Both the position numbers and the translations under genes were made by a program. The notes below the pieces were generated by a model. It was not told where the DNA came from, searched no databases, and was given only the letters and a program-made list of their open reading frames with translations. Shown piece by piece: positions 46,535-57,470 of a stretch of DNA of 64,000 nt (positions are counted from its first letter, which is position 1; every line of letters starts with the position of its first letter). This DNA is from an uncultured Streptococcus sp. (GTDB taxonomy: Bacteria > Bacillota > Bacilli > Lactobacillales > Aerococcaceae): positions 1,823-65,822 of the forward strand of contig CAURBR010000006.1 in the NCBI GenBank assembly GCA_963523415.1, written 5' to 3'.

Positions 46535-47050
46535 TTAGTCGTGATATTCTCCACGGTCCCATTTTTCAAGAAATTCAGTGAAGAAGTTAGCATCTGCTTG
46601 ATGAGCGTTGTGAGTTTCAACGTGTTGAATTTTCGCAATTAACTTCTTGTTTTCTTCAGTTGGTTTGTATTCAGCATGAATGAATGCTTCAATAATGTCG
46701 CACATTAATAATTCACCAGTGATTTTACCACCGAAACCAATAACGTTAGCGTTTAATTGTTCTTTAGCGTAAAGTGCGGTTGTCATATCTCTTACTAGAG
46801 CAGAACGGATACCAGGCACTTTGTTTACAGCGTTGTTAATACCAACACCAGTACCGCAGATACATACACCTAGGTCAGCTTGTCCGCTTGTAACGGCTTC
46901 CCCTACTTTTTTACCAAAAATTGGATAGTGTGTACGTACATGGTCATAAGTACCAAAGTCAATTACTTCATAGCCTTTCCCTTTTAAAAATTCTGAAACC
47001 GCCATTTTTTCATCTGTTACAATATGGTCACATCCGATTGCAATTCTCAT
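46535..47050 (-). CDS. lacB: Galactose-6-phosphate isomerase subunit LacB
   Basis: [23 protein letters not shown]. Confidence 0.96.
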   Translation of the reverse strand: MRIAIGCDHIVTDEKMAVSEFLKGKGYEVIDFGTYDHVRTHYPIFGKKVGEAVTSGQADLGVCICGTGVGINNAVNKVPGIRSALVRDMTTALYAKEQLNANVIGFGGKITGELLMCDIIEAFIHAEYKPTEENKKLIAKIQHVETHNAHQADANFFTEFLEKWDRGEYHD

Positions 47051-47070
47051 AATCTCTTCTTCTCCTTCCA

Positions 47071-47496
47071 CTAGCACATTTTGTTTAACATATCGACACG
47101 GATTTGGTGACGACCACCGTCGTATTTACCATTTACGAAACCTTTAGCGATATTCTTAGCTAATTCATCACCAACGATTTCAGCACCCATAGTAATCATA
47201 CGAGCGTTGTTGTGACCACGAGTCATATATGCAGAACGTTCATCAGAAACTTCAGCAGCGACCATTCCTTTAATTTTAGTTGCTACCATGAAAGGACCAG
47301 CACCATAAGCATCAATTACGATACCTAAATTACTTTCTCCTTTATTAACTTCTGCTGCAACTGCTAATGTAACATCAACGAAATCACCGTTTTCGTCTGA
47401 TACATCCACAACTTCGAAGTTTTCTCCAATTAGAAAGTTTTTCACAACTTCCTTTAAGCGAAGACCTTCTTTATTTGCTCCAATTACAATTGCCAT
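47071..47496 (-). CDS. lacA: Galactose-6-phosphate isomerase subunit LacA
   Basis: [24 protein letters not shown]. Confidence 0.96.
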   Translation of the reverse strand: MAIVIGANKEGLRLKEVVKNFLIGENFEVVDVSDENGDFVDVTLAVAAEVNKGESNLGIVIDAYGAGPFMVATKIKGMVAAEVSDERSAYMTRGHNNARMITMGAEIVGDELAKNIAKGFVNGKYDGGRHQIRVDMLNKMC

Positions 47497-47537
47497 TCCA
47501 TTCAGCTCCTTTACTGTTTTTTTAAAACTTTTCAGTT

Positions 47538-47607
47538 TTGTTTTTTACAAACAAAATATACTACTTTTTCAGAGGAATTTCAAGTGTTAATTGTTTAAAA
47601 CGAACAA
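47538..47607. promoter_or_regulatory. Two putative LacR operators at the lacA promoter
   Basis: TTGTTT-N5-AAACAA (47538-47554) and TTGTTT-N5-GAACAA (47591-47607); a third similar site at 48423-48439 precedes lacR. Confidence 0.65.
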
Positions 47608-47647
47608 AAATAAAAAGAACCGAAATAAATTCAATTCTTTTTTATGT

Positions 47648-48406
47648 TTACGCTTGATACACCGTAGTTTCTCCTCTAATTTCAGACACCACTTCTTCAG
47701 ACACTTCATTCGTGACAATTCCGGTAATTTCTTGTAACGAGCAAATCGACGTAAAGTCTTCTTTTCCAATTTTACTCGAGTCAAGAAGCAAGAAACATTG
47801 ATTTGAATACTTCATCGCTAATTTTTGCGTTTGTGCTTCACTATAATCAGAGGTTAGAACCTTCCCATTTTTAACACCATTGCAACTAAAAAACATCTTA
47901 GAAAAGTTAAATTGTCTTAGCATTTGATTCGTCATTTCACCGACAAATGTCTTTGTCCGCTCACGCATTTCTCCTCCAATGAGAATGACCTTGAATGTAT
48001 CCGTTCGTTTCTTAGATATCAGATTAAAAATGGGTAGACAATTCGTAACCACCTGAAGTCTTAGACACGAAATGACAGACGCTAACATTTCAATCGAAGT
48101 TCCTGGTCCAAGAAAGATACTATCTCCTTCTTGAATCAAACTGGCAGCCTTCTTTGCAATCAATTGCTTACCTACTAAATTCTTTTGATGTTTTTCTTCG
48201 TGAGATAACTCAAAAATAGAAAGAGGCGCATGACTTTTCGCCCCGCCATGGGTCCTTATAAGTTCGCCTGTCTTTTCTAAAAATGCTAAATCTCTACGAA
48301 TGGTCATATCGGACACTTTTAATTGACTTACTAACTCATGTACGGAAATAGAGCCATTTTTATTTACTAGCTCTAATAGTTTTGAAATTCTTTCATTCTT
48401 TTTCAA
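47648..48406 (-). CDS. lacR: DeoR-family lactose repressor
   Basis: VSDMTIRRDL HTH, RTHGGA, FLGPGTS; TTG start after AGGAGG. Confidence 0.93.
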   Translation of the reverse strand: MKKNERISKLLELVNKNGSISVHELVSQLKVSDMTIRRDLAFLEKTGELIRTHGGAKSHAPLSIFELSHEEKHQKNLVGKQLIAKKAASLIQEGDSIFLGPGTSIEMLASVISCLRLQVVTNCLPIFNLISKKRTDTFKVILIGGEMRERTKTFVGEMTNQMLRQFNFSKMFFSCNGVKNGKVLTSDYSEAQTQKLAMKYSNQCFLLLDSSKIGKEDFTSICSLQEITGIVTNEVSEEVVSEIRGETTVYQA

Positions 48407-48693
48407 ACATTCTACCTCCTTTTTGTTTATTATAAACTTTTTCTTCGTTCATTTCAAACACTTTTTTCTGTTTGTTTTTAAACTATTTTTTTGATGGGTT
48501 GAGCTAGCTCTTTCATGAAGCACCTCTTTTTTGACACACTTCTTAAGAAAAGTATCTTTTTTATTCTTTATTTTACGTTTTTCTTGTTTTATTGAGATTT
48601 TTTTCACATAAAATATCATGTCAAAAATCAAAAAAAGGAACCTCTAATCTCCTTATTGATTGGGTTAGAGGTTCCACAATAGTTTTAATCCGT

Positions 48694-50439
48694 TTATCCT
48701 TTCCACTGACTTTGATAGAGATTGTAGTAAAATCCACGTTGCTCCATCAAGCTGGCATGATTTCCTTTTTCAATGACATGTCCGTCTTTTAAGACTAGAA
48801 TCACATCCGCGGTACGAATGGTCGATAAGCGGTGTGCCACGATAAAGCTCGTGCGTCCTTCCATCAGATGTTGAAAGGCTTCTTGAATCTTCAACTCGGT
48901 ACGCGTATCGATAGAAGAAGTCGCTTCATCAAGAATCAGCATATTTGGTTGTCCCATCATCACACGCGCGATGCAGAGCAATTGTTTTTGCCCTTGCGAG
49001 AAGTCCCCACCATCATCTGAAATCACTGTATCATATCCTTGTGGTAGACGACTTACAAATCCATGAATATGGCAGAGTTTGGCGATGCGAATCATCTCTT
49101 CTTCGCTAATCGTTGGATTTCCCATCGTGATATTTTCACGGACAGTTCCCGTTTGAAGCCATGTTTCTTGAAGCACCATTCCAAAGCCATTTCGTAAGGA
49201 CTGACGACTGATGTCTTCAATCGAAAGCTCGTCGATGGCTAATTTTCCATTATTAATATCGTAGAAACGCATCAATAAGTTAATCAATGTCGTCTTCCCA
49301 CTTCCAGTTGGACCGACAATCGCCACACGTTGCCCTGGTTTGACTTCAAGCGAGAAGTCTTCAATGAGCGGGTGGTCTTTCACATAAGAGAAGTCCACAT
49401 GGCTAAATTCCACCGCTCCGTTGAAACTTTCAGGAGACACAGCACCTGCACGTTCTGGACTCTCAGAAGGTTGTTCCAACAGTTCAAACACGCGGGTCGC
49501 ACAGGCTATCGCATTTTGTAGTTCGGTAATGACTCCTGAGATTTCATTGAATGGTTTCGTATATTGGTTTGCGTAACTTAAGAAGGACGACAATTGTCCG
49601 ACCGTCACGCCACCACTCATCACGAAGAACGCCCCGAACACGCCCACACTGGTGTAGACGATGCTATTGACAAAGCGCGTCGCCGGATTCGTAATGCTCG
49701 AGAAGAAAATAGCCTTGAGCGATACATCCGTTAACTCCTTATTAATTACCGCGAAGTCCTCGATGACTTTTTCTTGCTGTTGAAAGGCAGTAACTATTCG
49801 TGTCCCCTCAATCATCTCGTTCATATAGGCTGTTTGGTCGCCACGAATTTCCGATTGTTGTTTAAAGAAATGATAGGATTTCTTCGCGATAAAGCTGGCC
49901 ATCACAAAGGATACTGGCGTCACTACCACTACTACAAGCGTCAATGTCATATTGACACTGAGCATAAAGACTAAGGTTCCTAGAATTGTCATCACACCGG
50001 TGAATAACTGTGTGAATCCCATCAATAATCCATCCGCAAATTGATCCGCGTCTGCAATGATACGGCTCTCGATTTCTCCGGCTGGATGAATATCTAAATA
50101 ACTGAGTGGCAATGTCTCGATTTTTTCAAGCGCATCTCTACGAAGGTCACGAACCACAGAGTACGTCATCTTGTTGTTGCTGAGGTTCATAAAAAACTGC
50201 GCAACAGAAGCTATTATTGTAAAAAGTGCAATCTGCCAAAGGATAGCAAATAGTCCTTCATAGAACACTTGGCCCGTGTCCAGCATTTGGTCTACGGCTT
50301 CTCCGACTAATTTTGGAATCATTAACGTCCCAAATACATTCACACTCGCCAAAAGAATGGACGCTATGAAATAAATCTGGTAGCAACGGATGTAGCAGAG
50401 GACTTTACGGATCGTTTCCCATTGGGTGTTCTGTCTCAT
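48694..50439 (-). CDS. Heterodimeric ABC exporter subunit (TMD plus NBD)
   Basis: GPTGSGKTT, FSQGQKQ, LDEATS. Confidence 0.92.
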   Translation of the reverse strand: MRQNTQWETIRKVLCYIRCYQIYFIASILLASVNVFGTLMIPKLVGEAVDQMLDTGQVFYEGLFAILWQIALFTIIASVAQFFMNLSNNKMTYSVVRDLRRDALEKIETLPLSYLDIHPAGEIESRIIADADQFADGLLMGFTQLFTGVMTILGTLVFMLSVNMTLTLVVVVVTPVSFVMASFIAKKSYHFFKQQSEIRGDQTAYMNEMIEGTRIVTAFQQQEKVIEDFAVINKELTDVSLKAIFFSSITNPATRFVNSIVYTSVGVFGAFFVMSGGVTVGQLSSFLSYANQYTKPFNEISGVITELQNAIACATRVFELLEQPSESPERAGAVSPESFNGAVEFSHVDFSYVKDHPLIEDFSLEVKPGQRVAIVGPTGSGKTTLINLLMRFYDINNGKLAIDELSIEDISRQSLRNGFGMVLQETWLQTGTVRENITMGNPTISEEEMIRIAKLCHIHGFVSRLPQGYDTVISDDGGDFSQGQKQLLCIARVMMGQPNMLILDEATSSIDTRTELKIQEAFQHLMEGRTSFIVAHRLSTIRTADVILVLKDGHVIEKGNHASLMEQRGFYYNLYQSQWKG

Positions 50440-52160
50440 GCTTCATCCTCCTTTGGAAATTGTGAATAGTAAATTTCTTGGTAAATCTCATTGTTGGCTA
50501 AGAGCTCTTCATGTGTGCCTTTTCCGACAAGATTTCCTTCATCGAGTACAAGAATTAAGTCTGCATACTGCACCGACGCCGCCCGTTGAGACACGATAAA
50601 GGTCGTTGGCCGCGGCGTTTGGTTCTTAATCGCCTCACGTAATTTCGCATCGGTCGCAAAGTCTAATGCCGAAGCACTATCATCTAGAATTAAAATCGGT
50701 GCATGTTGAGCAATCGCACGTGCAATCGTCATCCGTTGTTTTTGCCCACCGGATAAATTGCGACCATTTTGTTCGATGCCATAATCAAGTCCGCCTTCTT
50801 TCGTCTGTACAAATTCGCTGGCTTGAGCGACACCGAGTGCATGTTCTACCACTTCACTCGAAGCTGATGCATTTCCAAAACGAACATTGTCGGCAATCGT
50901 TCCACGGAAGAGTTGCGCCTTTTGCAAGACCATTCCGACCGCTCCACGAAGCGATGCAAAACGGTAGCGACGAACGTCTTCTCCGAACACCTCTACATTC
51001 CCTTGGGTCGCATCATAGAAACGGGGAATCATATTCACAAGAGAAGATTTCCCGCTACCAGTCCCACCAATCACGCCGATAGTCTGTCCTTTCAGCGCAG
51101 TAAATGAGATATGGTTCAGCGCTGCGTTTTGGTCTCCTTGATACGTCAACGTCACGTCTTTAAATGCCACCGCCACTTCCCCTTCAGGATGAACATTTTC
51201 AGTACCTTCGACCATATCCGCTTCAATCGATAGAATCGTATCGATACGCTCTGCACTTGCCACTGATTTTGTCAGCAATACAACCAGGTTTGCGAATTTT
51301 ACAAGCTCCACTAAGATTTGAGACATGTAGTTTGTTAAAGCGATGACTTCCCCTTTCGTTAAGGTGCCTGTATCCACTTTAATTGCCCCGCCATAAAGAA
51401 TGACGATGAGCGCCACATTCACAATCACAAACGTAATAGGATTCATGGCTCCTGAGAGGCCACTCACTTTTTGTTGCGCTTGATTCAACGCTTCGGTATC
51501 CTCTCTAAACGACTGAATTTCTTTTTCTTCTCGGTTAAATGCACGAATCACACGCACCCCGAGTAAGTTTTCATGCACGAGGCGCATAATGCGATCGAGT
51601 TTTCCTTGCACACGGCGATACATCGGAATCGTCCAGTAAATAATCCCGAATACAACGACTGCTAAGATTGGAACTGTGATGGTAAACGTCCATGCCATTT
51701 CCACATTCACGACAAAGGCCATCACAATCGCTCCCCCGACGATAAACGGCGAACGTAGCAATAGACGAAGTGCAATGTTCAACCCGTTTTGCACAAGATT
51801 CATATCACTCGTCAAACGCGTGAGTAAAGTGTCATTGCCTAACGCATCGAGTTGCGAGAAACTAAAGTATTGAATTTTTGAAAAGAGCGCCTGTCTCACG
51901 TCAGCCGTAAATCCAGTTGCCGCTTTTGCCGCAAAATACTGAGCGGTGATCGACACGACAACACCTACAATCCCTAGTCCAATCAAAATCGCACCTTGAC
52001 TAAGTATCAAGGACGTGTCTTGGTTTTCAATCCCTTTGTCAATAATGACCGCCATAATCAGTGGAACAAATAACTCCAGAATTGCTTCAAATAATTTAAA
52101 TAACGGTGCCAATATCGTTTCTTTCAGATACGGCTTTAAATAAGGTTTTAACTTGTTCAC
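50436..52160 (-). CDS. Heterodimeric ABC exporter subunit (degenerate Walker B)
   Basis: GGTGSGKSS, LSGGQ, LDDSASALD; GTG start after AAGGA. Confidence 0.92.
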   Translation of the reverse strand: MNKLKPYLKPYLKETILAPLFKLFEAILELFVPLIMAVIIDKGIENQDTSLILSQGAILIGLGIVGVVVSITAQYFAAKAATGFTADVRQALFSKIQYFSFSQLDALGNDTLLTRLTSDMNLVQNGLNIALRLLLRSPFIVGGAIVMAFVVNVEMAWTFTITVPILAVVVFGIIYWTIPMYRRVQGKLDRIMRLVHENLLGVRVIRAFNREEKEIQSFREDTEALNQAQQKVSGLSGAMNPITFVIVNVALIVILYGGAIKVDTGTLTKGEVIALTNYMSQILVELVKFANLVVLLTKSVASAERIDTILSIEADMVEGTENVHPEGEVAVAFKDVTLTYQGDQNAALNHISFTALKGQTIGVIGGTGSGKSSLVNMIPRFYDATQGNVEVFGEDVRRYRFASLRGAVGMVLQKAQLFRGTIADNVRFGNASASSEVVEHALGVAQASEFVQTKEGGLDYGIEQNGRNLSGGQKQRMTIARAIAQHAPILILDDSASALDFATDAKLREAIKNQTPRPTTFIVSQRAASVQYADLILVLDEGNLVGKGTHEELLANNEIYQEIYYSQFPKEDEA

Positions 52161-52258
52161 ACGCGTACTTCCTTTTACATTCATAGTACTTTTATTGTAT
52201 CATATTTTATCCTCTTCAAAAGCGGAAAAAGTTGCTTCCTGCTTTTGATTTTTCAGGG

Positions 52259-52292
52259 TGTAACAATTATGTTACGTAACAAAAATGTTACA
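52259..52292. promoter_or_regulatory. 34-bp palindrome made of two WalR-box-like sites
   Basis: TGTAAC-AATTA-TGTTAC on plus and TGTAAC-ATTTT-TGTTAC on minus, abutting. Confidence 0.5.
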
Positions 52293-52411
52293 CTCACTTT
52301 TTTTACTTTTTAAAGATGTATCATTAATGATACAAAACAATTTTTTCCCACAGTTGAGTTTAGTGGAGCCAATAATTATTAGAAGACTGGGTATTAGAAA
52401 GTTGATTACGA

Positions 52412-52463
52412 AAAATTCTACGGATTCTATAATAGCCATAACGTGGGATAGCATTAAATGCGA
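52412..52463 (-). repeat. Truncated half-copy E of the rod-like element
   Basis: AAAATTCTACGGATTCTATAATAGC..GGGATAGCATTAAATGCGA matches the arm and core edge of copies B, C, D. Confidence 0.7.
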
Positions 52464-52734
52464 GGGAGAAAGACAGAAACACCCTAGATACATTATTGTA
52501 TCTAGGGTGTTTCGTTTTCTTTCCCCCACAAAGTTGAATAGGTATGAGCAAGCTGTTTACAGTGCAGCTCATACCATTCAACTACTGTGCTTAGAGGGAG
52601 TTAAAAATTTCTTTCTTAGTTACATTATAGAGTTAGACGCAGTAGCTGATTGGATTAAGCTTCATCACTTGTGATTTGCTTAATCCTAATCAGCCTTGCG
52701 GAAATCCTTCACGGTGCGAAGGATTTGAGACCAC
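52464..52734. repeat. Two inverted units of a second hairpin-repeat family
   Basis: Plus unit 52464-52589 (CCACAAAGTTGAATAGG..CCATTCAACTACTGTG); minus unit 52638-52734 (CCGCAAGGCTGATTAGG..CCAATCAGCTACTGCG); each preceded by a hairpin. Confidence 0.7.
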
Positions 52735-52740
52735 TATAAG

Positions 52741-52770
52741 AAAACGGACTCACACTGTGAGTCCGTTTTT
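52741..52770 (-). terminator. asd terminator
   Basis: AAAACGGACTCACA-C-TGTGAGTCCGTTTT. Confidence 0.8.
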
Positions 52771-52787
52771 AGCTTTTGTCTTACTCC

Positions 52788-53780
52788 CTATTTACGCAAA
52801 CCGTGCGCTTCAATATACTCCGCAATTTGGATGGCGTTGCTTGCTGCACCCTTACGAATATTGTCACCCACACACCAAATGTGGAAGCTGTTAGGTTGAG
52901 AGATGTCGCGACGAATACGTCCTACATACACTTCATCATGCCCAGTTGCTTGTAATGGTGTTGGATACACATTTTCCTCAGGCTTATCTAATACGATTAC
53001 ACCTGGTGCTTTTTCTAAAATCGCACGAATTTCTTCAGGAGTTGTATCTTTTTCGAAAGTCACATTGATTTCTACAGAGTGTGAGTTGAATACTGGTACA
53101 CGTACACAAGTAGCAGTGATGGCTACATCGTCTGATAAACCTAGAATCTTGCGAGTTTCTTGAATCATTTTCATTTCTTCTTTTGTATAGCCGTTTCCTA
53201 AGAAAACATCAATATGTGGCAATACATTATTGTAAATTGGGTGTGGGTAGTTTGTTGGAGCTTCTCCTTTTTCTCCATTTCTTAAATCATTAATCCCTGC
53301 TTGTCCAGAACCTGAAACAGCTTGATAAGTTGTATACGCCACTCGTTTCAATCCAAATGCATCATGCAATGGACGTAATGGCACAACAGATTGGATGGTT
53401 GAGCAGTTTGGATTTGCGATAATCTTACGCTCTAATGTTGGTGCATTACATTCTGGTACGACTAAATCAATCTCTGGATCCATTCTCCATGCGCTTGAGT
53501 TGTCGATAACAATCACGCCGTCACGTTCTGCGATTGGCGCAAATTTCAATGAAGTTCCGCCCCCTGCTGAGAAGATGGCGTAGTCAATATCACGCTTGAA
53601 GGAGTCTTCCGTTAATTCTTCGACTACATAATCTTTTCCTTTAAACTGTAAGACTTTTCCTGCTGAACGCGCTGATGCAAATAAATACAAGTGATCTACT
53701 TGTAAGTTACTTTCTTCTAACCGTTCAATCATTTTATTCCCTACAACACCTGTTGCTCCTACAATTGCAATATTTACCAT
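52788..53780 (-). CDS. asd: Aspartate-semialdehyde dehydrogenase
   Basis: VGATGVVG, DNSSAWRM, ANPNCST, YQAVSGSG, DNIRKGAA. Confidence 0.96.
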   Translation of the reverse strand: MVNIAIVGATGVVGNKMIERLEESNLQVDHLYLFASARSAGKVLQFKGKDYVVEELTEDSFKRDIDYAIFSAGGGTSLKFAPIAERDGVIVIDNSSAWRMDPEIDLVVPECNAPTLERKIIANPNCSTIQSVVPLRPLHDAFGLKRVAYTTYQAVSGSGQAGINDLRNGEKGEAPTNYPHPIYNNVLPHIDVFLGNGYTKEEMKMIQETRKILGLSDDVAITATCVRVPVFNSHSVEINVTFEKDTTPEEIRAILEKAPGVIVLDKPEENVYPTPLQATGHDEVYVGRIRRDISQPNSFHIWCVGDNIRKGAASNAIQIAEYIEAHGLRK

Positions 53781-53815
53781 AAAAAATCTCCTTTTATTAA
53801 ACACTATGAGAAAAA

Positions 53816-54460
53816 TTATAGCGAATCTCTCTTTGAAAGTAAAGAAACGTCTTCCTTCACAACACATTTGTAGCTGGTATAAATACACTCTTTCATGAGT
53901 GCATCATCTGTGCATACATTCAATGCAATCGAAATCCAATGCTTCTTATTCATATGATACGCTTCGAAAATCCCTTCAGTTGCAATAAGTCGCTCCTTAT
54001 CTTCCGGATGAATCTTCACGTTCAAAATAAGAGCATTCTCCTGGGAAGTCACTCCTAGTTTTTGAAGCGGCACTTCCATCATGAGCCCATACCATTTGCC
54101 TTTATCTTCGACCATAAAACCCATCGCCTCCGTCTTCTCAAACGGATTGCCATGATACGGGACGATATTTTCGGTCATCCACTTCGTCCACTTCTGGCGC
54201 GCTTCTTCGATGCCCGATTGCTCGGGATGCATCCACTGGAACGCTAGCTCCTCTGCCTCTTCGCGCAACGCTTGAGCGATACTGCTACTTGTTGTTGGGA
54301 TATCAAACAATGTGTATCGCTCGTTACAGTCATCGAGTGCTATCAGTTCTAAGCCTTGTTTTTTGCTGGCACTCACTACCTGAAAGCAAAATCCCTCCAT
54401 TTGGCTTGGAAGGACTTTCCCTTCCAGTTCTGGTATGTCCTTTGTTAAATTCCATTTCAT
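53816..54460 (-). CDS. MmcQ/YjbR-family protein
   Basis: KWYGL, ILNVK, AYHMNKKHWISI. Confidence 0.85.
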   Translation of the reverse strand: MKWNLTKDIPELEGKVLPSQMEGFCFQVVSASKKQGLELIALDDCNERYTLFDIPTTSSSIAQALREEAEELAFQWMHPEQSGIEEARQKWTKWMTENIVPYHGNPFEKTEAMGFMVEDKGKWYGLMMEVPLQKLGVTSQENALILNVKIHPEDKERLIATEGIFEAYHMNKKHWISIALNVCTDDALMKECIYTSYKCVVKEDVSLLSKRDSL

Positions 54461-54472
54461 AAGTGCATCCTC

Positions 54473-56455
54473 TTATAAGCGATACTCGGCACGCAATTCG
54501 AGAATCACATCACGCAAGTCTGCTGCTTTCTCAAAATCTAATTTTTTCGCAGCTGCACGCATATCTAGCTCTAGCAACTCAATTGCTTCACGTCGTTGTT
54601 CTTGTGTCATCTTCTTGAAGTCTTTTGCAGTTGTAGGAGTATCCTCTTTTTCAACCTCGTGTGTGATGGAGATTAAATCACGGATATTCTTCACGATGGT
54701 CTTCGGAACGATGCCATGTTCTTTATTATACGCCTCTTGGAGGGCACGACGACGATTCGTTTCTTCAATCGCTTTTTGCATCGAATCCGTCATCTTATCC
54801 GCATACATAATCACACGGCCATTAGCGTTCCGCGCTGCACGTCCAATCGTTTGAACAAGTGACCGTTCACTCCGCAAGAACCCTTCTTTATCCGCATCCA
54901 GAATTGCCACAAGAGATACTTCTGGCACGTCTAACCCCTCACGAAGCAAGTTGATTCCAACCAATACGTCGAATTCCCCGAGTCGTAAGTTACGGATAAT
55001 CTCCGTCCGTTCCAATGTCTTAATATCGCTATGCAAGTACTTCACCTTAATACCCACTTCTTCTAAGTAGTCGGTTAAGTCTTCTGACATCTTCTTGGTT
55101 AAAGTCGTAATAAAGACGCGTTCATTCCGTTCGACACGCATGTTTATTTCACTAATCAAATCGTCAATCTGACCTTTGATTGGGCGCACTTCCACGAGAG
55201 GATCTAATAGACCCGTTGGACGAATAATTTGTTCAGTTACAGTTGGTGTATGAGCTAACTCATATGGACCTGGAGTCGCAGAAATATATATAATCTGTGG
55301 AACCCGTTCCTCGAACTCTTCAAAACGCAACGGACGATTATCAAGAGCGCTTGGAAGGCGGAATCCGTATTGAATCAATTGTTCCTTACGTGCACGGTCT
55401 CCATTATACATTCCTCGAATTTGAGACAATGTAATGTGAGATTCATCCACCACGAAGAGAGAATCCTTCGGGAAGAAGTCTAATAACGTATATGGTGGTT
55501 GCCCTGGTAATCTACCATCCATGTGACGAGCATAGTTTTCAATCCCGTTACAATAACCCATTTCAAGAAGCATTTCGATATCATAATTTGTCCTTTGTTC
55601 AAGACGCTGAGCTTCCAACAATTGATGGTCATCTCGTAATTCTTGAAGTCGTGTAGACAGTTCCGCTTTAATAGTCGCGACTGCTTTTGTAATTTGGTCC
55701 TCATTCGCCACAAAGTGCGTTGCTGGAAAAATCGGAACATGTTCCACGGTTGCTTTGATTTCACCCGTTAAAACATCAACTTCTTTGATGGCTTCAATTT
55801 CATCTCCGAAGAACTCAATACGAAATGCCGTCGCATCATTTCCTGGGAGAAAGATTTCAACTACATCTCCACGAACGCGGAATGTTCCACGGCGAAAATC
55901 ATAATCATTGCGCTCAAATTGCATTTCTACGAGTCTACGGAGTAAGCTATCTCTCTCAATTTCCATCCCCTCACGAAGTGATAAGACATGATCTCGGTAA
56001 TCTTCTGGATTAACTAAACCGTAAATAGAAGAAACAGAGGCCACAACAATGACATCTCGTCTTTCCAAGAGTGCACTTGTTGCCGAGTGGCGTAGTTTAT
56101 CGATTTCATCATTGACGCTAGATTCCTTTTCAATATAAGTATCGCTAGAAGGAACATAAGCTTCTGGTTGATAATAATCATAATACGATACAAAATACTC
56201 CACGGCATTTTCTGGGAAGAATTCTTTTAACTCACCGTATAATTGACCAGCTAGCGTTTTGTTGTGTGCTAATACTAATGTTGGTTTATTCACTTCTTGA
56301 ATCACATTTGCAATCGTAAACGTCTTTCCTGTTCCTGTCGCTCCAAGTAAGGTCTGTTCTTTTACCCCATTTTTAATTCCATCGACTAATTCTTGAATGG
56401 CTTGTGGTTGATCCCCGTTCGGTTTATAGGGAGCCACTAATTTAAATTGATCCAT
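54473..56455 (-). CDS. uvrB: Excinuclease ABC subunit B
   Basis: [23 protein letters not shown]-terminal UVR domain; start at MDQFKL. Confidence 0.98.
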   Translation of the reverse strand: MDQFKLVAPYKPNGDQPQAIQELVDGIKNGVKEQTLLGATGTGKTFTIANVIQEVNKPTLVLAHNKTLAGQLYGELKEFFPENAVEYFVSYYDYYQPEAYVPSSDTYIEKESSVNDEIDKLRHSATSALLERRDVIVVASVSSIYGLVNPEDYRDHVLSLREGMEIERDSLLRRLVEMQFERNDYDFRRGTFRVRGDVVEIFLPGNDATAFRIEFFGDEIEAIKEVDVLTGEIKATVEHVPIFPATHFVANEDQITKAVATIKAELSTRLQELRDDHQLLEAQRLEQRTNYDIEMLLEMGYCNGIENYARHMDGRLPGQPPYTLLDFFPKDSLFVVDESHITLSQIRGMYNGDRARKEQLIQYGFRLPSALDNRPLRFEEFEERVPQIIYISATPGPYELAHTPTVTEQIIRPTGLLDPLVEVRPIKGQIDDLISEINMRVERNERVFITTLTKKMSEDLTDYLEEVGIKVKYLHSDIKTLERTEIIRNLRLGEFDVLVGINLLREGLDVPEVSLVAILDADKEGFLRSERSLVQTIGRAARNANGRVIMYADKMTDSMQKAIEETNRRRALQEAYNKEHGIVPKTIVKNIRDLISITHEVEKEDTPTTAKDFKKMTQEQRREAIELLELDMRAAAKKLDFEKAADLRDVILELRAEYRL

Positions 56456-56639
56456 ACCTGCACCTCTACTTCTTTCTATTGACTCTAGTATACCATCATT
56501 GACAGATATTTTCTGCACGGTTGACCGCTTCTACAATCAATACCTTGCTTGCATTTCAAGAAGGACTTTTGTATAATAGTTCCTGTTGGAAACAACTGAT
56601 CAGTGATTATACATGTTAAACGAAAGAGGGGTGAACCCA

Positions 56640-56894
56640 TTGCCAAATATCGCATCACAAATCAAACGTGTTCGCACTAACAAAAAGTCAACACTAGCAA
56701 ACAATGCACAAACTTCTGCTATGCGTACTGCTATCAAAAAATTTGAAGCTGCAGCTGCACAAGGTGCTGAAAATGCTGAAGAATTATTACGTGCTGCTCA
56801 CAAAGCAATCGATGGAGCTGCTTCTAAAGGATTAATCCACGCAAACAAAGCTTCTCGTGACAAATCACGTCTTGCTTCAAAATTAAGCAAATAA
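56640..56894 (+). CDS. rpsT: 30S ribosomal protein S20
   Basis: TTG start; [28 protein letters not shown]. Confidence 0.97.
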   Translation: MPNIASQIKRVRTNKKSTLANNAQTSAMRTAIKKFEAAAAQGAENAEELLRAAHKAIDGAASKGLIHANKASRDKSRLASKLSK

Positions 56895-56996
56895 TCTGTA
56901 GCCTGAGAATTGATCTCGGGCTCTTTTTTTATGCTCGAAAAATAAGAACGCCTTATGGGTAATGAATGAAAAGAGTAGAACACACCCTTCGAACTC

Positions 56997-57307
56997 CTCT
57001 GAATTTTTTTATTAGGTAAAATCCTTACGGATTTCTTCAAGGTAGAGTCTTATATCGGATAAACTGAAAAGAATCAGTGTTGTTATTGAAAGAGTTATAG
57101 CGTGGCAACGGCTCGATCCTAGGTCTCTCGCCTTTAAAGCCTCAAAGCAGGAGTACGGAAGAACTTCCTACTCCTGCTAATTCGCATTTAATGCACTTCC
57201 CCGCTATTCTTTCAATAAACTGATTCTTTTTTTGTTTATCCTCTATGTAGATTTCACCCGTAGAATCCGTAAGAATTTTACCCATTCCTAATTCCTTAAT
57301 TTCAGAG
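56997..57307 (+). repeat. Rod-like inverted-repeat element, copy D
   Basis: Arms GGTAAAAT..CTTACGGATT/AATCCGTAAG..ATTTTACC, AAAAGAATCAG/CTGATTCTTTT, TTATTGAAAGA/TCTTTCAATAA; core CAACGG(57106)..CTCAAA-[31 nt]-TAATTC(57178). Confidence 0.85.
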
Positions 57308-57470
57308 ATAAAAAAAGAAGCCCAATCAATGGAACTACTCCGAGGAAGGGAACAAGTGGCCGAGGGAGGAAATGGTGCTGGAAAAGGGAATCAAGTAAGG
57401 AGACGGTGCTGGGTGAAAAAAAGAGAGTACTCGGGAGGTGTTTGGTCTCCTTCTCGGGTACTCTTTTTTG

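Noticed and set aside
52272..52894. ORFs 52272-52529, 52285-52674, 52360-52581, 52676-52894
   Set aside because: They run through hairpin repeats and terminators with no protein-like features
56456..56580. LexA/SOS box upstream of uvrB
   Set aside because: No GAAC-N4-GTTC match in the intergenic region
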